A stretch of 64,000 bases of DNA from Nitrospirales bacterium (GTDB lineage Bacteria > Nitrospirota > Nitrospiria > Nitrospirales > UBA8639): assembly GCA_965203295.1 (NCBI GenBank), contig CBDBCZ010000019.1, positions 1,152,001 through 1,216,000 of the forward strand, written 5' to 3'. Under the pieces are notes generated by a model. The model searched no databases, had not been told where the DNA came from, and saw only the letters and a program-made list of their open reading frames with translations. The translations under genes were made by a program, and so were the position numbers. Shown here piece by piece: positions 59,585-64,000 of the stretch. The stretch's first letter is position 1, and each line of letters opens with the position of its first letter.

Positions 59585-60706
59585 GTGGTCAAGGTCCTCT
59601 ACGTACATGGGATCAAGGAAATTGGAGGGGCTGAAACAGATCTTTTGTCTGTGATACGAGGACTTGACCGAGAGAGGTTTCAGCCTTTTGTGGTCTGTCC
59701 GTCGAATAGTTCTTTCATTAAGGAAGTCGAAGCGCTTCATATACCAGTCCACGGAATGCACGTACCGGCATGGCGAAAGGTAAAGGGTATTTTTTGGATT
59801 CCAATGGCTGTTCTGGGGCTTGTTCGACAGATTCGACATTGGAATGTTGATGTGGTTCATGTGAATGATTACTGGTGGGCGCCGCTGAGCTGGTTGGCTT
59901 CTAGATGGTGTCAAATGCCCTGTGTGGTGCATATTCGACAGCAAATTGAACCGAAGAGGGTCAAGCAGTATTGGTTGACGAAGCCGAATCAATTAATGCC
60001 TGTTTCAGAAGAAATCAGGAATGTGGCGATTGAGGGAGGAGTCAAACCCGATCGTGTTCAAACTGTGTATAGCGGAATTGATTTTTCGTACCAGTTTGAC
60101 TTCATCAGTGGAGAATCGATACGGCAACAATACTGTCTCGGTCAGAATCAACCAGTTATTGGAGCTGTGGCGAATTTGTTCCCGAGAAAAGGGTATGAGT
60201 TTTTGCTTGAAGCTGTGGAGAAAGTTCGAAAGGTTGTCCCTGACATTTTTTGTTTCATTGTTGGAGAAGGGGATCATGCTTATACCAAAAAACTTGAAAG
60301 TATGGTTAAGGCCAAGGGTCTTGAATCCAGTATCGTATTCGCTGGCTTTCAGAAAAATGTTTTGAACTATATCGCGGCCTTCAACGTGTTTGTGTTGCCG
60401 TCATTGATGGAAGGCCTTGGAATTGTCTTGTTGGAGGCCATGGCGATGCGGAAGCCAATTATTGCGAGTCGGGTAGGTGGAACTCCGGAGGTCGTCGAAA
60501 ACGGCGTAACAGGGATCTTGGTTCCTCCTGGAGATTCAGGCCTTCTGGCTGATGAAATTTTTAAGCTGATTCAGGATCCCCAAACCCAAGTCATGATGGG
60601 TGATGCAGGAAAAAAACGATTACAATCTCATTTTGATCTCAAACACACTATTCACAATATTCAAACCATCTATACTCGTTTAGTTTCTTCCTCATTAACT
60701 TCTTGA
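59585..60706 (+). CDS. Glycosyltransferase family 4
   Basis: IGGAE, RKG, EGLGIVLLEAMA, VGGTPE. Confidence 0.92.
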   Translation: MVKVLYVHGIKEIGGAETDLLSVIRGLDRERFQPFVVCPSNSSFIKEVEALHIPVHGMHVPAWRKVKGIFWIPMAVLGLVRQIRHWNVDVVHVNDYWWAPLSWLASRWCQMPCVVHIRQQIEPKRVKQYWLTKPNQLMPVSEEIRNVAIEGGVKPDRVQTVYSGIDFSYQFDFISGESIRQQYCLGQNQPVIGAVANLFPRKGYEFLLEAVEKVRKVVPDIFCFIVGEGDHAYTKKLESMVKAKGLESSIVFAGFQKNVLNYIAAFNVFVLPSLMEGLGIVLLEAMAMRKPIIASRVGGTPEVVENGVTGILVPPGDSGLLADEIFKLIQDPQTQVMMGDAGKKRLQSHFDLKHTIHNIQTIYTRLVSSSLTS

Positions 60707-60986
60707 GTCGTCCCTTGTTCCATCACGACTAAATGACTTGTCCTGTCAGCACCCTACGGAAAACGGATAAGGGGTGAAAACATCGGTAAGTCAATTGCTC
60801 GCGCAATGTCAAAGTCTCTTTGTCGTGCACTACAGGTCAGCTCTTTCGAAGATCTCTGTTTGTCTAAATGTTTTGGAGGAAGTGAACATTATGGAATAAT
60901 TCATTGAGGAAGGAATCATATTGGATTGTTTTTGGGGCCTGTATGTCAACAGGGACTTACGATTTGACTGAGCAATGGATCGTTTT

Positions 60987-62407
60987 CTAAGAAATACGGG
61001 GTAACAATTCAAGACAATATAGAATACGTCCAGAGTCTTCTAGTTGAAGCCTTTCGATCAGACGGTAATGGGTGAATGCCTCCTCTTCAAACATGTTCTG
61101 TTGATACCAATCGAATACATCATCACGATTGCCCAAAAGCTGTTGTACCATGGGGTCTGACTTTGGAATGAATTCTATAATGACAAATTGTGGGCCTAAT
61201 CTCCTGATTAATTGAAAAAGATGCCGTAACGGAATATTTCGACTAATGCAAAGATGGTGAATAAGAGCAAGAAGTAGGACACAGTTGGGACTACCACGGT
61301 CAAAAAAAGACATGCGTTCCTTAAGTTTCCAACCTAATCCGGGTGATGGGTTAGCTAAATCCATAACTAAGGGGAGGATGTTTCGAATGTCTTCTTTCCG
61401 ACATTGCAGATATAACTGGTTAACGGATTCTGGGTCTGAATCCATCGCCACAACATGGGTAGCATGATTGGCTGCTAACAAACTTATTTCACCGGTATTA
61501 CAGCCTAAATCCCAAAGAGCACATGGTTTGATTTATTTTAAATGCTTTTCAATAAAGCCCCGTTTTTGTTGAAAAGCCTTTGGTTGATAAGAATGTTTTT
61601 CTTGGTAAGAGGACCAATGGGAATTTGATTTTTTTGCCGAGAGCTTTCCAATGGTTTTCTCCATACTATCAATGAGTGAAAGAATGTGCTGCATCGAAAA
61701 ATTCAATGTTTTTAAAGAGCCATCAAGGGAGGGGGTCTGTTTTTTAAACGATTTCTGGAAAACGGACTGAAGAATCACATATTGAATGAGTCTCAATTTA
61801 GACCAAGACCGAATACCGAGAAATTTCTTTGCAGTTTCAATTGGAATCCCATCCAGATAACTTTTGAGTAATTCTTGGAATTCCATTCTTCGGTAAGTTG
61901 TAACTAAAAGGGGAAATAAGAAACTTTGGCAAAATTGCGAGTAACCTATCCAAGGCGTTCCCTGTTGATAGAGGGCAATGGAAAGCACATCTATAAAATA
62001 GGCTTCCCTCGAAAAAACTGAACGTTAAAAGAGGTAGAGTCTTTTAAAATAAAGTTACTTTTTGCTAAACGAGAAAAAAGTTTGAGATGGAGTAAGGCAG
62101 CGTCCTTTAACATGTCAAAGGACCATTCGTAAGCATAGCTTATGAATGGAATGAGTTCCTGTTCCAATACTCCCACAATTCCTTCTGGAAGTATTCCAAT
62201 TTCAGGATGTGCGGAGGTGTCAATTTCCCATGATCCGATAACCAACTCCTGTTGTTCCAATTCAGTGTCAACGAAACATTTTCGCATGGCTCGATAGGAA
62301 TCAAGCCCCGACTGCCTTAATGCACGAAAAATTTGAGATCCGACTTTAAACACATAGCCATCAAGATCTCGAAAAGAACCAGAATTTATTGATTGGCTAA
62401 GACTCAA
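60987..62407 (-). pseudogene. NoeA-like kinase-like + SAM methyltransferase fusion, disrupted
   Basis: SFRD..G, YEWSFDMLKDAALL, LKDSTSFNVQF. One T missing at 61995-61998 (adding it restores KPIFIDVLS). In-frame TAA at 61533-61535 is followed by IKPCALWDLGCNTG. C-terminal LALIHHL..SRNIP, EFIPKSDPMV. Confidence 0.8.
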
Positions 62408-62610
62408 TGAACTTCCTCATTTTTTGGCCATTTCTTAAATAGACCGATGAGTTTTTTCCAATACAACTTTGAAATGACTCCCACGCCAGCAAGCCCTATC
62501 AAGAGTATTTGGACGATGATTCCACCGGCGGTGGGATCTATATAGGCAAACGCATCATGGGGCATTCCCAAAGTGAAAACAGCAATAAGGAGAATAGTTA
62601 TCTTGTCCAT
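62404..62610 (-). CDS. Small membrane protein with signal peptide and AYIDP motif (68 aa)
   Basis: AAGGAG RBS and ATG 62610; MDKITILLIAVFTLGMPHDAFA-YIDPTAGGIIVQILLIGLAGVGVISKLYWKK...; its stop overlaps the next TTG start. Confidence 0.8.
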   Translation of the reverse strand: MDKITILLIAVFTLGMPHDAFAYIDPTAGGIIVQILLIGLAGVGVISKLYWKKLIGLFKKWPKNEEVH

Positions 62611-62732
62611 TAATTCCACTCCTTTAGTTGGTTGAATGTCAAAATTCACCTAAATTTTGAGATAGCGATAGAATAGCTTTCAAAATGAAAAAATTTTAGT
62701 TGAAATGTCGTGGTGGCCTTTGGTTATGAGTT

Positions 62733-63993
62733 TCATGAGGCTAGTGCCTGAGTCGATAGAGGGCTGCTTCTCTTTAATACTTGAAGAATGATCGAATACA
62801 CATCTGCAAGGGAAATGGATTGATCATTGATCCTACCAAGATTCTGACCAGGCAGTTTGACGATTAAGGGAATCCTGGCAATTTCCTCCATGTTAACGTC
62901 CCCTTTTTTTCTGCCAGGATTTTCAGGAGAAAAACTCATCCCATGGTCGCTCGTAATAATAATAAGCGAATCATCGAATACGTTCAGTTACTTAAGCTTT
63001 AGAAGAAACTCACCGAACAATGTATCAGTATATTTAATCTGTTCAACATATCGAGATTCAAGAATTTTCAATTCTTCAGAAGTTGCTTTACTGATTTCAT
63101 ATTCGTGTAAAGGATCCCATTCAAGTTGGCCTTGTGAATTATACATATATGGACCATGAGGAAGTTCGACATGGATATAGGTAAACACAGGTAAAATTCC
63201 GACAATTTTGGGCTAAATTCTCAAAGGTCTTACAATATGGTAAGGCATAACCACTAATATACACGTGATAGGTTTGTGCGAGTTCTTTAAAAAGGTGGTT
63301 AGTGGGGGGCCTTTCCAAAAATTCCTCTTGAAAGGCCCCAACATTCGGTGTTCCTAATAGCAAAGTCGGGATAGCGTACTCAGTCATGACTTTGAGAGTT
63401 CTAGCATTTCTGTGCCAAGTGGCTGTTTGAGAAAAATCTTCAAGGTTCGGAACAATTTGCCTACTTAACTGATTGCCATCGAGTACCTGAGTCAATGCGA
63501 ATTTATCATGAGGTATTGACTTTATTTCCTTTGTGGAAGAAAAAGCATGGCTTTGCTGGATGATCATTCCTAAATTTACTATCTCGTAGACAACAAGAAT
63601 GAGTGAAAAACGGAGAAACAATACTGGCACTTTCATGTCATCACGGATAAGGATATAAATGAAAGCCCCAATCCCAATGACACAAAAGATAATAAAGGCA
63701 AATTGCCAGAACTTGGAAATTGAGGAAGCCTGGAAGGCATTAAGAAAGGAAATCAAAACGACAATGAGTAAAGTATTTAAAAATTTTCGATATGCACTGA
63801 TACCCCAAAAATATTGAACAATGAACAGACCTATGGTGATCCCCGCCCAAGACGCTCCATAAAAGATTACCAAACAAGAAACACATACAGGCTGAAATGG
63901 GTGAGCAATAATGACACTGTTTACTGGAGAGATTGTTCCAAGAGTAGCTAACTCGAGCAATAGAAATAAGATTTGAAAAAAAGATGTTTTCAT
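62733..63993 (-). pseudogene. Membrane-anchored sulfatase/alkaline-phosphatase-superfamily protein, disrupted
   Basis: TM-rich N-terminus, MTEYAIPTLL; frameshift near 63190; HVELPHGPY; in-frame TAA at 62988-62990, then DDSLIIITSDHG, RIPLIVK, SLADVY. Confidence 0.75.
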
Positions 63994-64000
63994 AAAATGT

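Noticed and set aside
12960..62990. TAA reassignment or readthrough suggested by three in-frame TAA codons
   Set aside because: Many conserved genes here (rpsI, rplM, tldD, bamA) end properly at TAA, and two of the three cases lie in genes that also carry frameshifts.
1..64000. CRISPR array, tRNA, rRNA, transposase or prophage genes
   Set aside because: I saw no regularly spaced repeats, cloverleaf or rRNA signatures, or transposase/phage motifs by eye. tRNAscan-SE and Infernal were not run.

Overview
A 64-kb chromosomal segment of a diderm (LPS-making) bacterium. Gene content and order suggest Nitrospirota; this is my inference, not a database result. From left to right: partial argC, rpsI, rplM, two tandem DUF151 nucleases, proS, rseP, dxr, cdsA and uppS (all minus strand); tldD-pmbA plus two small genes; a REP-like palindrome doublet; hpnD-hpnE-udg; a FolB-methyltransferase fusion and PHP gene divergent from moaC-moaD-moaE-moaA; accD-folC-lptD; lon-thiL-DUF2062-HD; a ~26-kb envelope cluster (bamA, skp, fabZ, lpxA, lpxI, gnnA-like, lpxB, msbA, DUF374/lpxJ-like, waaA, lpxK, waaF, gmhB, two LtaS/sulfatase-like paralogues, six glycosyltransferases); and a visibly AT-richer, decaying three-gene cassette at the right end. 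I saw no rRNA, tRNA, CRISPR array or transposase. Best leads: (1) the DUF374 acyltransferase needs a -1 shift at an A9 run containing an in-frame A_AAA_AAG site, which could be programmed recoding or an indel error; (2) the sulfatase-like / small 'AFA-YIDP' membrane peptide / kinase-like+methyltransferase cassette, a candidate undescribed glycan-modification system; (3) the FolB-methyltransferase fusion beside Moco genes; (4) a family-4 UDG ending in a beta-clamp-like QMELF motif. Several other single-base homopolymer losses occur in the window, so all frameshift calls need read-level checking.
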